NCBI RefSeq assembly: GCF_018350175.1
Contig: NC_058369.1
Span: 19,036,001 to 19,100,000, forward strand
Length of the DNA stretch: 64,000 nucleotides
Direction of reading: 5' to 3'
Source: Felis catus
Lineage: Eukaryota
How positions within the stretch are numbered: the first letter of the stretch is position 1; each line of letters starts with the position of its first letter. The notes beneath the pieces were generated by a model. It saw only the letters and a program-made list of their open reading frames with translations, searched no databases and was not told the DNA's origin. Position numbers and translations under genes: made by a program. Of the stretch, positions 1 through 12,906 are shown one piece after another.

Positions 1-698
1 GCCTAGCTTGTGCCCTTGGGAGAGGAACTTTAGAGTAAGACCTGTTGGGGGCACCTGGGTGGCTCGGTCGGTTAAGTATCCAACTTCGGCTCAGGTCATG
101 ATCTCAGAGTTCATGAGTTCAAGCCCCATGTTGGGCTCTGTGCTGACAACTCAGAGCCTGGAGCCTGATTCGGATTCTGTGTCTCCCTCTCTCTCTGCCC
201 CTCCCCTGCTCATGCTCTCTCTCTCTCAAAAGTAAATAAACATTAAAAAAATTTTGTTTTTGTTTTTTTTTTTTTAATTAGAAGAAGCTTTCACAGAGCC
301 ATATAACTGGGGCCAGTGTACTGAACTAGTTATACAGACTAAACTCAAAATAAAAGATGCATATATTTTATCTTAATATGATAGCACTTTGCTGTAAACG
401 GCACCTGCTTTGCTGGGTAATACTGACTGATCTGTCTGGAATCACATTGGAAATATCAGAAGCAACTCATGATGACTTTTGTTAACGTGGTGAATTTTGA
501 GCACCCACCATACGCAAGGTCCTAGGCTAGGTGGTATATATTTAATAATGAATAAAATGGGCACGTCTCCTTAGGTTCTAGTGGGATGAGGCTATTTCAA
601 AGTTTTTAATTTTGGTGGGCATCTGGGTGCCCGCTGTCAACACAGAGCCTGCTTCAGATCCTCTGTCCCCCTTTCTATGACCCTTCCCCACTCGTGCA

Positions 699-732
<34 letters not shown>

Positions 733-1676
733 AATAAACAGTTTTAAAAAGTTTTTAATTTTTTAGAACTTCCATTTTGGAATAATTCCAGACAATAAAC
801 AAATAAGTAAATGAATAAATACATATATTTTAAAAAGGAAAAAAAAAAAGGAATACCAGATACTCTTTACTCCTACATTTCATAGTACAGTCATCACAAC
901 CAGGAAGTTAACATAGGTATAATATTATCTGCAGAATTTTGTCGGATTTTGCCAGTTGTTCCGCTGTCTTTTTTCTGGTTTAGTATGCAATCCAGGATTA
1001 CATGTTATCCTTTCCTTTTTTTCTCTGTGACATTTTCTCAGTCTTTGTCTTTCATGACCTTAACAATTCTGAAGAGTTACATTGTAGGACATCTCTCAGT
1101 TTGGATTTGTCTATTTTCTTATGAAATTCAAGTTAATACATTTTTAGCAAGAATACCACAGGTGTTGGGGCACCTGGGTGGCTTAGTCGGTTAAGTGTCT
1201 GACTTTGGCTCAGGTCATGATCTCATCATTTGTGAGTTCAAGCCCTGCATTGGGCTCTGCGCTGAGAATCTTGGCTTGAGATTCTCTCTCTCTCCCTCTC
1301 TCTGCCCCTACTCTACTTGCTCTCTCTCTCTCTCAAAATAAATAAACTTAAAAAAGAAAACCACAGGTGATGTGGGGTCTTTCCATTACTACTGATGTTA
1401 ACTTAGACCATTTGGGTAAGGTGGTGTTTCTCTACTATAAAGTTGCTATTTTAGGTATAATTAACTTAATAATTAACTAATTAGTAAGTGTCTTATAGGG
1501 CATACTTTGAGATTATATAAATGTTCTGCTTCTCAGTATACCCTTTTCACTTAATTATAGCATTCACTGATGATTCTTGTAACAGTTACTACTGTGGGGT
1601 TTGTGTAATGGTAATTCTCTATTTCTGTCATTCTTTACGTATTTCTTAGAATTCTTTTATGAGAAAGAACCATCCC

Positions 1677-1910
1677 GGGGCGCCTGGGTGGCGCAGTCGG
1701 TTAAGCGTCCGACTTCAGCCAGGTCACGATCTCACGGTCCGTGAGTTCGAGCCCCGCGTCAGGCTCTGGGCTGATGGCTCAGAGCCTGGAGCCTGTTTCC
1801 GATTCTGTGTCTCCCTCTCTCTCTGCCCCTCCCCCATTCATGCTCTGTCTCTCTCTGTCCCAAAAATAAATAAACGTTGAAAAAAAAAAATTTAAAAAAA
1901 AAAAAAAAAA
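1677..1910 (+). mobile_element. Young felid Can-SINE (SINEC_Fc type)
   Basis: ggggcgcctgggtggcgcagtcggttaagcgtccgacttcagccagg head, (CT)n body and A tail. TSD AAAGAACCATCCC at 1664-1676 and 1911-1923. Confidence 0.95.
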
Positions 1911-2329
1911 AAAGAACCATCCCTTCTCCCTTATAAAACTCTGATTTCATAACGATAATTCCAATTCCGGTTCAGTATCACAGTTCTCCAGCTTTACCCC
2001 AATCTGAATTATAATTCCTTTCCCTAACAGTGAAAATCTTAGGTCTCATTATCTGCAATGTATTTACTTATTTGCTCAGTCCTAGAGTATACATAAAATA
2101 GTTTCAGAATTGTTTGTTCATACCCCTGTGAAAAACTAGAGTACAGTACTTCAGGACAGTTCTTTTTGTTATCAGCCTGTGAGTATGTAATCAAAATTCT
2201 GTGTTCCAGAGTTACCTAGGTTAGTTCTTCACCACCTCATCGACTCTTGAGTATGTTGTTATTCGCTCTGTAGAAAAAGTGGAGAACACAAGAAAAGAGT
2301 TAACATTTCCAATAAACTCTGTCCTGCTG

Positions 2330-2899
2330 TTATTCTTTTTCTCAGTGTTCTTTATCAAGTTGAAGAGGTTCCATTTATTCCTACTTTGCTGAGAGTTTTT
2401 ATCATAAACATGTGTTGGATTTTGTCCAGTGTTTTTTCTGCATCTAATGATAGGACTATGTGATTTTTTTTCTTCTTTAGCCTGTTGATGTCATGGAGTA
2501 CATAAATGGTTTTTGAAAGTTGAACCTGGCCTGCATACCTGGAATAAAGCCCAATTGGTTACGGTGCATAATTTTTTTTTTCATGTTTATTGATTTATTT
2601 TGAGACAGTGAATGAGAGTGTGTGTGTAGCGGGAGATGGGCAGAGAGAGAATCCCACGCAGGCTCTGCACTGTCAGCTCAGAGCTCCACGCAGGGCTGGA
2701 TCTCACAAACTGTGAGATCATGACTTGAACCCAAATCAAGAGTTGGTCGCTTGGGGCATCTAGCTGGCTCAGTCAGTTAAGCATCTGACTTCGGCTCAGG
2801 TCATGATCCCGAGGTTTGTGGGTTTGAGCCCGGTGTCTGGCTCTGTGCTGACAGCTTGGAGCTTGGAGCCTGCTCCCTGCTTGTGTGCGTTCTCTCCCT

Positions 2900-2951
<52 letters not shown>

Positions 2952-4500
2952 AATAAACTTAAAAAAAAAAAAAGAGAGAGAGACACTTAACTGACTGAGC
3001 CACCCAGGTGCCCCAGTATAATTCTTTTTATGCGTAGTTTGTTTTGATTTGATGTTACTCTGTTGAGGATTTTGCATTATCATGGAGATAATTGATCCGT
3101 GGTTCTTTTCTTGTAGTGTCTTTGTCTGATTTTGGTAATGGGTGTTGCCTGCTACATAGAATGAGTTAGCAAGTATTCTTTCTACTTCTATCTTCTGGAA
3201 GAGATTGTAGAAAGTTAGTGTAATTTCTTTCTTAAATGTTTGGTTGGCTTCATCAGTGAACCCATCTGGGCTTGGTGCTTTCAATTTTGGAAGATTATTA
3301 ATTAACCAATTTCTTTAATAGATATAGGTCTATCCAGATTGTCTTTTCCTTTTTTTCTTTTCTTTTAATGTTTATTTATTTATTTATTTACTTACTTATT
3401 TTGAGCAGGAGTGCGTGTGCATGAGCATGAGTGGGGAGAGGCAAGAGAGAGTCCCAGGTTCTGCGTAGTCAGTGCGGAGCCTGACAGGGTGCTCGAACCC
3501 ACCAACCGTGAGATCATGATCTGAGCCGAATCAAGAGTCAGATGCTTAACCTACTGAGCTGCCTGTCTTTTCCTTTTTGTATGAGTTTTGGCAGATTGGG
3601 TTTTTTTTTGAGAATTACTTTTTCATCTAGGTTATCAATTTTGTTGGGCATACAATTATTCATAACATTCCTTTATTATTTTAATGTTCAGGAAGTCAGC
3701 AGTGATGGCCCCTATTTCATTTTTAAAGTTTTATTTAACTGGGGCACCTGGGTGGCTCAGTTGGTTGAGCGACTGACTTTGGCTCAGGTCATGACCTCCC
3801 GCTCTTTGAGTTCCAGCCCCGCATCGGGCTCTGTGCTGACAGCTCAGAGCCTGGAGCCTGCTTCAGATTCTGTGTCTCCCTCTCTCTCTGGACCTCCCCC
3901 ATTCACGCTTTGTCTCTCTCTGTCTCAAAAATAAATAAACGTTAAAAGTTTTATTTAAGTGATCTCTATACCCAGTGTGGGGCTTGAACTTAACCCTGAG
4001 ATCAAGAGTCACATGCTCTTCCTACATATCCAGCCAGGTGCCCCTCTGCTCTAATTTTTATCATTTCTTTTCTTCTGCTTACTTTGGATTTAATTTGTTT
4101 TTCTTTATCTAGTTTCCTGAAGTGGAAGCTTAGGTTATTCATTTTAGATATTCCCTTTTTTCTATTATGTGCATTCAGTGCTTTACATTTCCCTCTAAGC
4201 ACAACTTTCACTGCATCCCACAAATTTGGTTGTGTTTACAATTTCAGTTAGTTTAAAAAAAAAAATTCTTGAGAGATTACCTCTTTCCCCCTGTGTTACT
4301 TAGAAATGTGTTGTTTAATCTCCAAGTATTGGGAGATTTATACCTGTGTTTGTTATTGATTTTTATTTTAATTCTTTTGTGGTCTGAGAGCATACATTGT
4401 ATAATTTTCTATTTTAAATTTGTTAAGGTGTGCTTTAGGGCCCAGAATGTTCCATATGAGCTTGAGAAGAATGTGTACCTTCTCTTATTAGATGACCTGT
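2330..4500 (-). mobile_element. Old L1 (L1M-type) ORF2 fragments interrupted by several Can-SINEs; degraded L1 3' sequence probably extends back to ~800
   Basis: Minus-strand translations KAPSPDGFTDE..FKKEI..LFQKIE..LANSFY (2796..3284) and WDAVKVVLRGK..LSFHFRKL..KVSRRKEMIKIRAE (4002..4223) are L1 ORF2 motifs; heavily degenerate. Confidence 0.85.
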
Positions 4501-5085
4501 AAATACTGATTAGACTACTGCCGTTATTTTGATGTTTGCCTTTCCCGATTTTTCTGTGCACATATCATCTGTGATCACTATATTTACAAAGTAGGATAGT
4601 CTTGTGCATATGATTTATAATCTTTTTATTTCAAGTATTGTGAACATATTTCCTTGTCATTAAATACATTTTTATCACATCATTTTTGTTGGTGATATAA
4701 TGCTCCATGGTTTAGATCACCATGATTTAACTAGTTCTTCATTTGACATTTTGAGGACTTTCTTTTTATTAAATAATCCTGTCATGAATACCCCCATAGC
4801 TAAATAGTCACACATCCTTCATTACTTAAGTGAATTTCCTCTAGGTAAACTTGTCAGATTAAGCGGTAAACATGTTTTATGACTTGTTCAATGTAGTCAG
4901 ACTGCCATCTAGAAGTTTCCTGATTTATTCTTCTATCAGCAATGTTTGATTGTACCTGTCCTCCCTGCATCCCAACCAGTGCCAGGCATTAATAACAGTA
5001 TTTATACTGCTTAGTGGTACATGGGTATTTGTTATTGTATTCTCTGATTTTGTGTGTGTGTGTGTGTTAGAAACATTTCATATCT

Positions 5086-5654
5086 GGCCATTTGCAGCAA
5101 CGCGTATGGAACTGGAGGGTATTATGCTAAGTGAAATAAGTCAGGCAGAGAAAGACAGATACCATATGTTTTCACTCATATGTGGATCCTGAGAAACTTA
5201 ACAGAAGACCATGGGGGAGGGTACGGGGGGAGCAGAGAAAAAAGTTAACAGAGAGGGAAGGAGGCAAACCATAAGAGACTCTTAAATAACTGAGAACAGG
5301 GGCGCCCGGGTGGCTCAGTCAGTTGAGCGTCTGACTTCGGCTCAGGTCATGATCTCGCAGTTTGTGAGTTCGAGCCCCGTGTCGGGCTCTGTGCTGACAG
5401 CTCAGAGCCTGGAGCCCGTTTCAGATTCTGTGTCTCCCTCTCTGCCCCTCCCCTGCTCATGCTCTGTCTCTCTCTGTCTCTCAAAAATGAATAAACGTTA
5501 ATAAAAATCTTAAAAAAAAAATACTGAGAACAAACTGAGGGTTGATGGGGGGTGGGGGAGAAGGGAAAGTGGGTGATGGGTATTGAGGAGGGCACCTGTT
5601 GGGATGAGCCCTGGGTGTTATATGGAAACCAATTTGACAACAAATTAAAAAAAG
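5086..5654 (+). mobile_element. 5'-truncated carnivore L1 3' end with nested Can-SINE (5299-5521)
   Basis: ORF2 C-terminus WPFAAT.MELEGIMLSEISQAEKDRYHMFSLICGS*, G-rich 3'UTR and A tail. TSD AACATTTCATATCT at 5072-5085 and 5655-5668. Confidence 0.9.
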
Positions 5655-5689
5655 AACATTTCATATCTTTTAAAAATGTTGCCAGTGTT

Positions 5690-5890
5690 GGGGTACCTGG
5701 GTAGCTCAGTCAGTTAAGTGTCCAGCTCTTGGTTTCAGCTCAGGTCATGATCTCACAGTTTGTGAGTTTGAGCCCTGCATCAGGCTCTGCATTGACAGCA
5801 TGGAGCCTGCTTGGGATTCTCTCTCTCCCTCTATATCTGCCCCTCCCCTGCACGTACACCCTCCCTCCCTCCCTCCCTCCCTCCCTCCCT

Positions 5891-5937
<47 letters not shown>

Positions 5938-6412
5938 CCCCCCCTCTCTCCCTCCCTCCTTCCCTCCATCCCTCCATCCCTCCCTCTCTTTCTCTCTGTT
6001 TCTCTCAAATAAGTAAACTTTTTTTTTTTTTTCAACATTTATTTATTTTTGGGACAGAGAGAGACAGAGCATGAATGGGGGAGGGGCAGAGGGAGAGGGA
6101 GACACAGAATCAGAAACAGGCTCCAGGCTCTGAGCCATCAGCCCAGAGCCTGACGCGGGGCTCGAACTCACGGACCGCGAGATCGTGACCTGGCTGAAGT
6201 CGGACGCTTAACCGACTGCGCCACCCAGGCGCCCCTTTTAATTTTTTTTTTTCAACATTTATTTATTTTTGGGACAGAGAGAGACAGAGCATGAATGGGG
6301 GAGGGGCAGAGGGAGAGGGAGACACAGAATCGGAAACAGGCTCCAGGCTCTGAGCCATCAGCCCAGAGCCCGACGCGGGTAAATAAGTAAACTTTTAAAA
6401 AAAGTAAAAAAA
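5690..6412. mobile_element. Nested SINE cluster: + strand Can-SINE whose tail is split by two minus-strand young SINE copies (6019-6235 full length, 6236-6379 truncated)
   Basis: Outer TSD aatgttgccagtgt (~5675 and ~6415); inner TSD AAATAAGTAAACTT at 6007-6020 and 6381-6394. Confidence 0.9.
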
Positions 6413-7272
6413 AGAATGTTGCCAGTGTAGCAAAGGGAATGATTTGATTTTCCTGTCTTAGGTTGTTAGTGAGATAGAACATTTTTACATTTGATTACTA
6501 GTTATTTGTATTTCTTTTATAAGTTGTTGGTTCTTGATACATATTCAGCTAAAAGAGAAAAGGCAGAACATCTTAGTTACTGTGTCTAGTCTTAAGGTAA
6601 ATACGTAGGGAACATCTGCTAGACTTTTTTGAAATGCTGAAAATTAGTATATTACCTGAATATGAGATAGGGTTACCTAAGAACTTACCCCTCAGAAAAG
6701 ATTTTTTTTTTTTTTTTTTTTAAGATCTTACAAAGTCTTTGCTGTTCTGGAGTCTTCCCAATTCTTTCGAGTCACAAAGTATTATTTGAGGACGATATAT
6801 TAATCACCCACTTAAGCCCATTCTAATTTTAGATTCTGATGTTTTAAAGAAGTAAAGAAATTTTAAAATTTCAGTGATGATTCTGAGGTTATAATCACAC
6901 AGAATGTTGGATAACTTTTTTTTTAAGTTTATTTGTTTTGAGAGAGAATGTGAGTGGGGGAGAGGCAGAGAAAGAGGGAGCAGCATATCTGAAGCAGGCT
7001 GTATGCTGACAGCAGAAAGCCATATGTGGGGCTCAAACTCAAGAACCACAAGATCATGACCTGAGCTGAAGTCAGACACTTAGCCGGCTTAGGCACCCAG
7101 GCGCCCCTTGGATAACATTTTTAATAAAAGAAGTATTCAGGGGGTGCCTGGGTGGCTTAGTTGGTTGGGCATCTGATTTCGGCTCAGGTCATGATCTCAC
7201 AGCTTGTGAGTTCGAGCCCGACGTCGGGCTCTGTGCTGACAGCTCAGAGCCTGGATCCTGCTTCAGATTCTT

Positions 7273-7314
<42 letters not shown>

Positions 7315-7687
7315 CTTCCCTTGCTCGCGTTTGATCTCAAAAATAAATAAACACCAAAAAATTTTTTGAAAAAAAAATGAAGTATTCAAATTTACTTACA
7401 GGGCCAACAAAAGAATTGACTATTGCTATCATAATTTTATGCCAAAAGGTACTGTGGCTTAGGATAAACTTTCTTACAATGACATTATTCTCAGATTCCA
7501 AGTGGTACACCTTAAGCATGTTCGATGGCAATTAAAATGATGTGCTCTAGTGGCACCTAAGTGGCTCAGTGGGTTAAGTGTCTGACTTCTGATTTCAGCT
7601 CAGGTCATGATCTCACGGTTATGAGATCAAACCCTGTTTCGAGTTCTGCACTAGGCATGGAGCCTGCTTAAGATTTACTCATATTCA

Positions 7688-7743
<56 letters not shown>

Positions 7744-7998
7744 AATAAATAAATAATTTAAAAATGATGTGCTCTAGGAAATTGCTAGATGACCTAAAAT
7801 GGCACTATCAGTGAGGGAACTGCAGCATATAAGGAGCTTGAATAAAATAGAAGGGTACACATGGAAAGGCCAATGTCTTGAAATCATTATTCCTTTTCTT
7901 TCTTTGTCTCTCTCTCTTTCTGTATTACATACATACAGAAAAGAACATAGATCATAAGCATTACTGTTCAGTGAATAATCACAAATTGTATATACCTA

Positions 7999-8368
7999 TT
8001 GTTTCAGTTTGGGCTGCTGTTACAAAATAACCATAGACGTGGTGGTTTATACAGTAGAAATTTGTTTTTCGTTGTTCTCGAGGCTGGAAAGTCCAAGATC
8101 AAGGTGCCAGCCAATTCATTTCCCTGTGAAGGCCCTCTTCCTGGCTTGCAGATGGATGTCTTCTTGGTGTATCCTCACATGGTAGAGAAAGATGATCTCT
8201 GTCTCTTATCTCTTAGAGTAATAATTCCATTCATGAAGACTCCACCTTCATGACCCAATTACCTCCCAAAGGTGCCACTTCCAGATACCATCAGATAGGG
8301 GGTTAGGACTTCAGTATATAAATTGAAACGATGGGGGAGGGTGGTTCACAAACATTCTATCCATAACA
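7999..8368 (-). mobile_element. MLT1A-type MaLR solo LTR
   Basis: gggctgctgttacaaaa..ccataga..gaggctggaaagtccaagatcaaggtgccagc...attctatccataaca is the reverse complement of an MLT1A-like LTR. Confidence 0.8.
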
Positions 8369-9719
8369 TCTGTTACTACCGCCCAGGTTAATAAACAAAA
8401 TGTTGTGTTATATGTAGAAGTCCCTCCTGCCTCTCCTGGCTGTTTTCCTTTCTACCCCTACCAGAGGTAGTCGCCGTTGTAAGTTATAATACTGAAGAGT
8501 CCTTTTACTTGGTTTTGAGCCTTATGTATATGGAATCACACAGGACCTATTCTTCTACCTGACTTTTTTGTTTAGTATTATTTTTAAATTCATCTTCTGT
8601 ATAGCTGGGTTCATTTTTGTTATACAGTATTACAGTGTAAGAGTATATCACAGGACCCCTGGGTGGCTCAGTCATTTAAGCATCCATCTCTTGATCTCAT
8701 CTCAGGTCTTGATCTTAGGATCATTAGTTCAAGCCCCATGTTGGGCTCTTTGCTGGGCATGAAGCCTACTTAAAAAAAAAGAGAGAGAGGGAGAAAGTAT
8801 ATTACAGTTTATTCATTACTTCTGTTAAAGGACATGTAAGGTTGGAGGCGTTATTATTTCAAAATTAATTCTCTTGGTGAATAGGTATACTCATTTCTCT
8901 TAATATAAACCCGTGAGTAGACTTGCTAGATTTTGTGTGTTATCTCCAATCCATAACCCGGTAGTTTAAATTTTCATTGATTGGGGCACCTGGGTATCTC
9001 AGTCAGTTAAGTGTCCGACTTAAGCTCAGGTCATGATCTCATGGTTCGTAGGTTCGAGCACTGCATCGGGTTCTGTGCTGACAGCTCAGAGCCTGGAGCC
9101 TGCTTCAGATTCTGTGTCTCCCTCTCTCTCTGCCCGTCCCCTGCTTGCACTCTATCTCCCTCTCTCAAAATAATAAGTAAACATTAAAAATAATAGTAAT
9201 AAACTTCCATTGATTGCTGCCTAGATATAATCATTCAGTAGCTATTGATCCCCCACTATGTTTATATGTCTGCCATTGTGTAGGTATTGGGGGTATAGTC
9301 ATAATTATGACTATATTTTATAATTTAAATGTATAAAACTAAGTTAAGAAATTAAGTGTAAGTGGATGTTTGTCTATTTCATTCATATCCCTGAAAGTTC
9401 GTTCATTCAAGGTTAGTCAGATTGCTTTTTGGCCGTCTGTTGGAAAATAAGTGTTCCTTTCTAGTTTTCTCTAATTTTCAGTTATGTGGTTATTAGGAAC
9501 CAGAGCTTTGGGCAGAAATAGGGGCACAGTAAGGAGGATGCGTGTGTCAGTGATGTGCATGGTTAGAGGAGGCTAGCTGGAGGCAGATGCTCCCTGAGAG
9601 GCTGTGGGGTGGGGGCAGGTTAAGTGGGCCAGGGTATGGCAGAGAGGGAGGAACGAAATAACTGAATGGCTTTGTTCTGGCAATAGTCTTGTGGCCCTGA
9701 AAGCTTTTTTTGTTTGTTT

Positions 9720-10163
9720 TTTAATTGAGGTTTAATCTACATACTATAAAATTAGCCCTTTTAAAGTATACTACTTAGGAGTTTTTAGTACATTCACAAG
9801 GTTATGCAACCGTAACCACTATGTAATTTCTGAACATTTTTATTTATTTCAAAAAGAAACCCTGTACCCATTATCAGTCACTTTCCTTTTCTTTCCACTC
9901 TCCCCTACCCATGATCTAAATGTCCATGAGTCTACTTTCTGTTCTATACATTTGCCTACTCAAGATGTTTCATATAGGTGGGATCATACACTTTTTTGAC
10001 TGTCTTCTTTCACTTAGCATCATGTTTTCAAAGTTCATCCATTTTGCTGTATGAATTAGTACCTCATCTCTTTTTATGGTTGAGTATATTCCATTGTATG
10101 GATGTAACACATTTTCTTTATCTGTTAATTCATTGATGGACATTAGGTTATTTCCACTTTGGG

Positions 10164-10222
<59 letters not shown>

Positions 10223-10310
10223 AAATGCTACTATGAACATTCATGTACACGCTTTTGTCTGGGCATGGGTTTTTCAAGTCTCTTGTATATGTATCTAGGA
10301 CTAGAAATGC
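9720..10310 (-). mobile_element. Old L1M 3'-end fragment containing a (CA)25 microsatellite
   Basis: Typical L1MB-like antisense sequence (cttctttcacttagcatcatgttttcaaagttcatccat...). Confidence 0.75.
10167..10216. repeat. (CA)25 microsatellite
   Basis: Read directly from the sequence. Confidence 0.97.
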
Positions 10311-12196
10311 TAAAGCTTTTGTTTGTTTTTTTCAGGAGCTTTCTCCAAATGAATAGCTCATTAGATCCTGTATTAGAGTGGTGTAGTATTGAAAACATGG
10401 AACACTCACAGTTCCAGTGGCCAGGTTTCATTTTTATTTTGTACATTCATATTGTCATTTTGAATTCTCCTTTGGGCTGTTTTGTTTGTTTGTTTGTTTG
10501 TTTGTTTGTTTTTTACTGGATGTCTCAGGGTACTTGCTGCCCTGGATGTGGGTCTGTCTTTGTTATTTAGGTTTTGAGCATATCCAGGATTTGCAGTTGA
10601 CACTTTAAGAGCTAATTTTCTTCTTTCCATTCCTTATAGATTCTCCTGCAACTATTAAATTGCACATTTATTGTTTCTGCGTATGTATCTAATAATGCTT
10701 ATGTTGTCTAGCTCCTGAGATATTTATTTTAAAGTTATAGGGTAAAGGTCTCTTTTTTCTTTGACTTGATTCTTGGGTAATGTGAATCTACACCAATACA
10801 GGATATGTTTGGCTCCCTACAATCTGGAGGAGCGCCAACTCAGAGACATATTTCTGTTTGTTCTTATCAAGGTTCCAGGGTCAGGAGATCTCTTTAAGAT
10901 CAGGGAACATTATATTGGCCACCTTGCCTAGAAGAATGCTTCTGTGGCTCTTCTAAGTGCTTAAATGAAGAGGCTCTCCATTGTCAGGGATTTGCTTAGG
11001 TATTTTAAAGATAGTACCAGACCCCTGAGAAATATGGAATAAAGAAGTAAACCGCTAAACCAGACAAAGTACCCAGATAATGACTGGCAAAGATCTATGT
11101 ACAATAAAGCAAATGCCACCAGATATAATTGGACATCTCTAGATTGAAAGGTTCGTGAGGGCAGGGACCGTTTCTTTTCTTTTTTTCACCTTCTTTTTCC
11201 TTCACTACCCAAATGGTTTGGAGCTATACCTGGCAACATATGATGTGTTAAATAAATATTTGTTAACTGGATTAATAAATTTTCAATAGTTTCTGACTCC
11301 ATATTCCTTCTTTATAAGCTCTTAGCAATCTTTTTAGTTCCTGCATAATGTAGAAGGCTCTTGTCCTTCCAACATGAGCAGCCTCTTGACTTGCCAGATT
11401 CTGGTACTTCTATTAGCTTTCTGCCCTATAATCTTTGATAGCAGATAGTAATATGCTGTTTCTGTTTTTGCCAGAGGTAGCCACATCTTGTTTGTTACAG
11501 CTTCCAATCTCCTGTCTGATTCTTGTCCTTATACTCTGGGGAGTAGTGAAAGAAACAACTTAGAAAGTGCAAGGTAGGTTATCAAGAGCCTTGCATTTAA
11601 TCTTTAATTTGAAGACATGGGAGAGCCACAAAAATGCAACAAAATCAAGATTACGCTATAGGGAAACTCTTCTTGGGTAGTATATGGTCTTGACTAGACA
11701 GGAGAAACTGCAGAGAAGGCCATAGGATCTAGGGCAGCAGTTGAAATGTGAAGAGGTGATGGTTTGCACTAAGGGCTGACAGCAGCTATGTAAGGGAAAA
11801 GTTAGGTTTGAAAGGCCTTTTGCACAAAGAATCTCTAATGTCTGTTAACACTGAGTATTGGACAGAAAGGCAAAAAGAGGGCAGATTCAAAGGGCCACTC
11901 AGGTTAGAAGAATGGTAGTACCTTAAACAGAAATAAAGCATGTGGAAAAGGAAGGCATTTGGGAGACAGGGATGAAGATGAGTGTTTTAGATACATTGGG
12001 CGTGAGGTGACATCAGAACCTTATAAGACTGAAGCGTAGCAGAAAAATCGTGAGGTTTTTCCATTGCCACGTTTTGTTCCACTACGTAACTAGTTTATTC
12101 TACAGCTTTCTCTTTATTTCATAATCTTATGTTTTTTGAGCAAAATACCTACCTCTGTCTATCCCAGGTAATTTCTTTATTTTTTAAATTTTTATC

Positions 12197-12198
<2 letters not shown>

Positions 12199-12234
<36 letters not shown>

Positions 12235-12240
12235 GCGTGC
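12199..12240. repeat. (GT)n microsatellite within a SINE
   Basis: Read directly from the sequence. Confidence 0.9.
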
Positions 12241-12637
12241 ACATGTGCGCACAAGTGCTGGAGGGGGACACGGGGTGGAGTGGGGGAGAGAGAGAGGGAG
12301 GAAGGGAGGGAACATGAGTCTTGAGTAGGCACCATGCTCAATATGGAGCCTGACGCAGGGCTCGATCCCACAACCCTGGGATCATGATGGAGCCAAAATC
12401 AAGAGTCAGATGCTCAACCAACTGAGCCACCCAGGCACCCTGTCACCCTATCACCAGTAATTTCTAAAAGCATCTGTACCAATTAGGATTAGATTGGCTT
12501 AAATGAGTTTCTTTCTTTCTAATGTAAATAAAGTCTAAGCTATCCAGGCTTTCTTCTGTGGTTTCATGGTCCTCAGAGACCCAGACTCCTTCAGTCATGT
12601 AGCCCTATTATCCTCAACATATGACCACTTTAAGATG

Positions 12638-12906
12638 GTTTTTTTCTTTTTAGTATAGTTTTTTATTAAATATCTACATGCCATAGAAATTAATTGAAAA
12701 CTACCGAAGAAAGTGCAAAATCACTTAATAATTGTTTTTTTGCACCTCGGTCTGTATGAGAAACTCTTATAAGCAAGAAGAAGGTATCTACTAAGTACTT
12801 ATTACAATACTTATTGCACTGAGCACTTTTGAGAACAAGAAGAAATTCTTTAACTCTGAAGACTGTTTTATATCTTGTTCATAGATTTGTTAAGCCAAAG
12901 TGATGG
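12638..12906 (-). pseudogene. Candidate 5'-truncated retrocopy of an unidentified mRNA 3' end
   Basis: T-tract 12639-12651, TTTATT (minus-strand AATAAA) at 12662-12667, and flanking near-duplication ctt(t/c)aagatgg at 12628 and 12907. It interrupts an MLT1-like element. Confidence 0.55.

Noticed and set aside
2796..4223. L1 ORF2-like peptides as a possible active or domesticated element
   Set aside because: Short, frameshifted and interrupted by several SINEs; a dead fossil.
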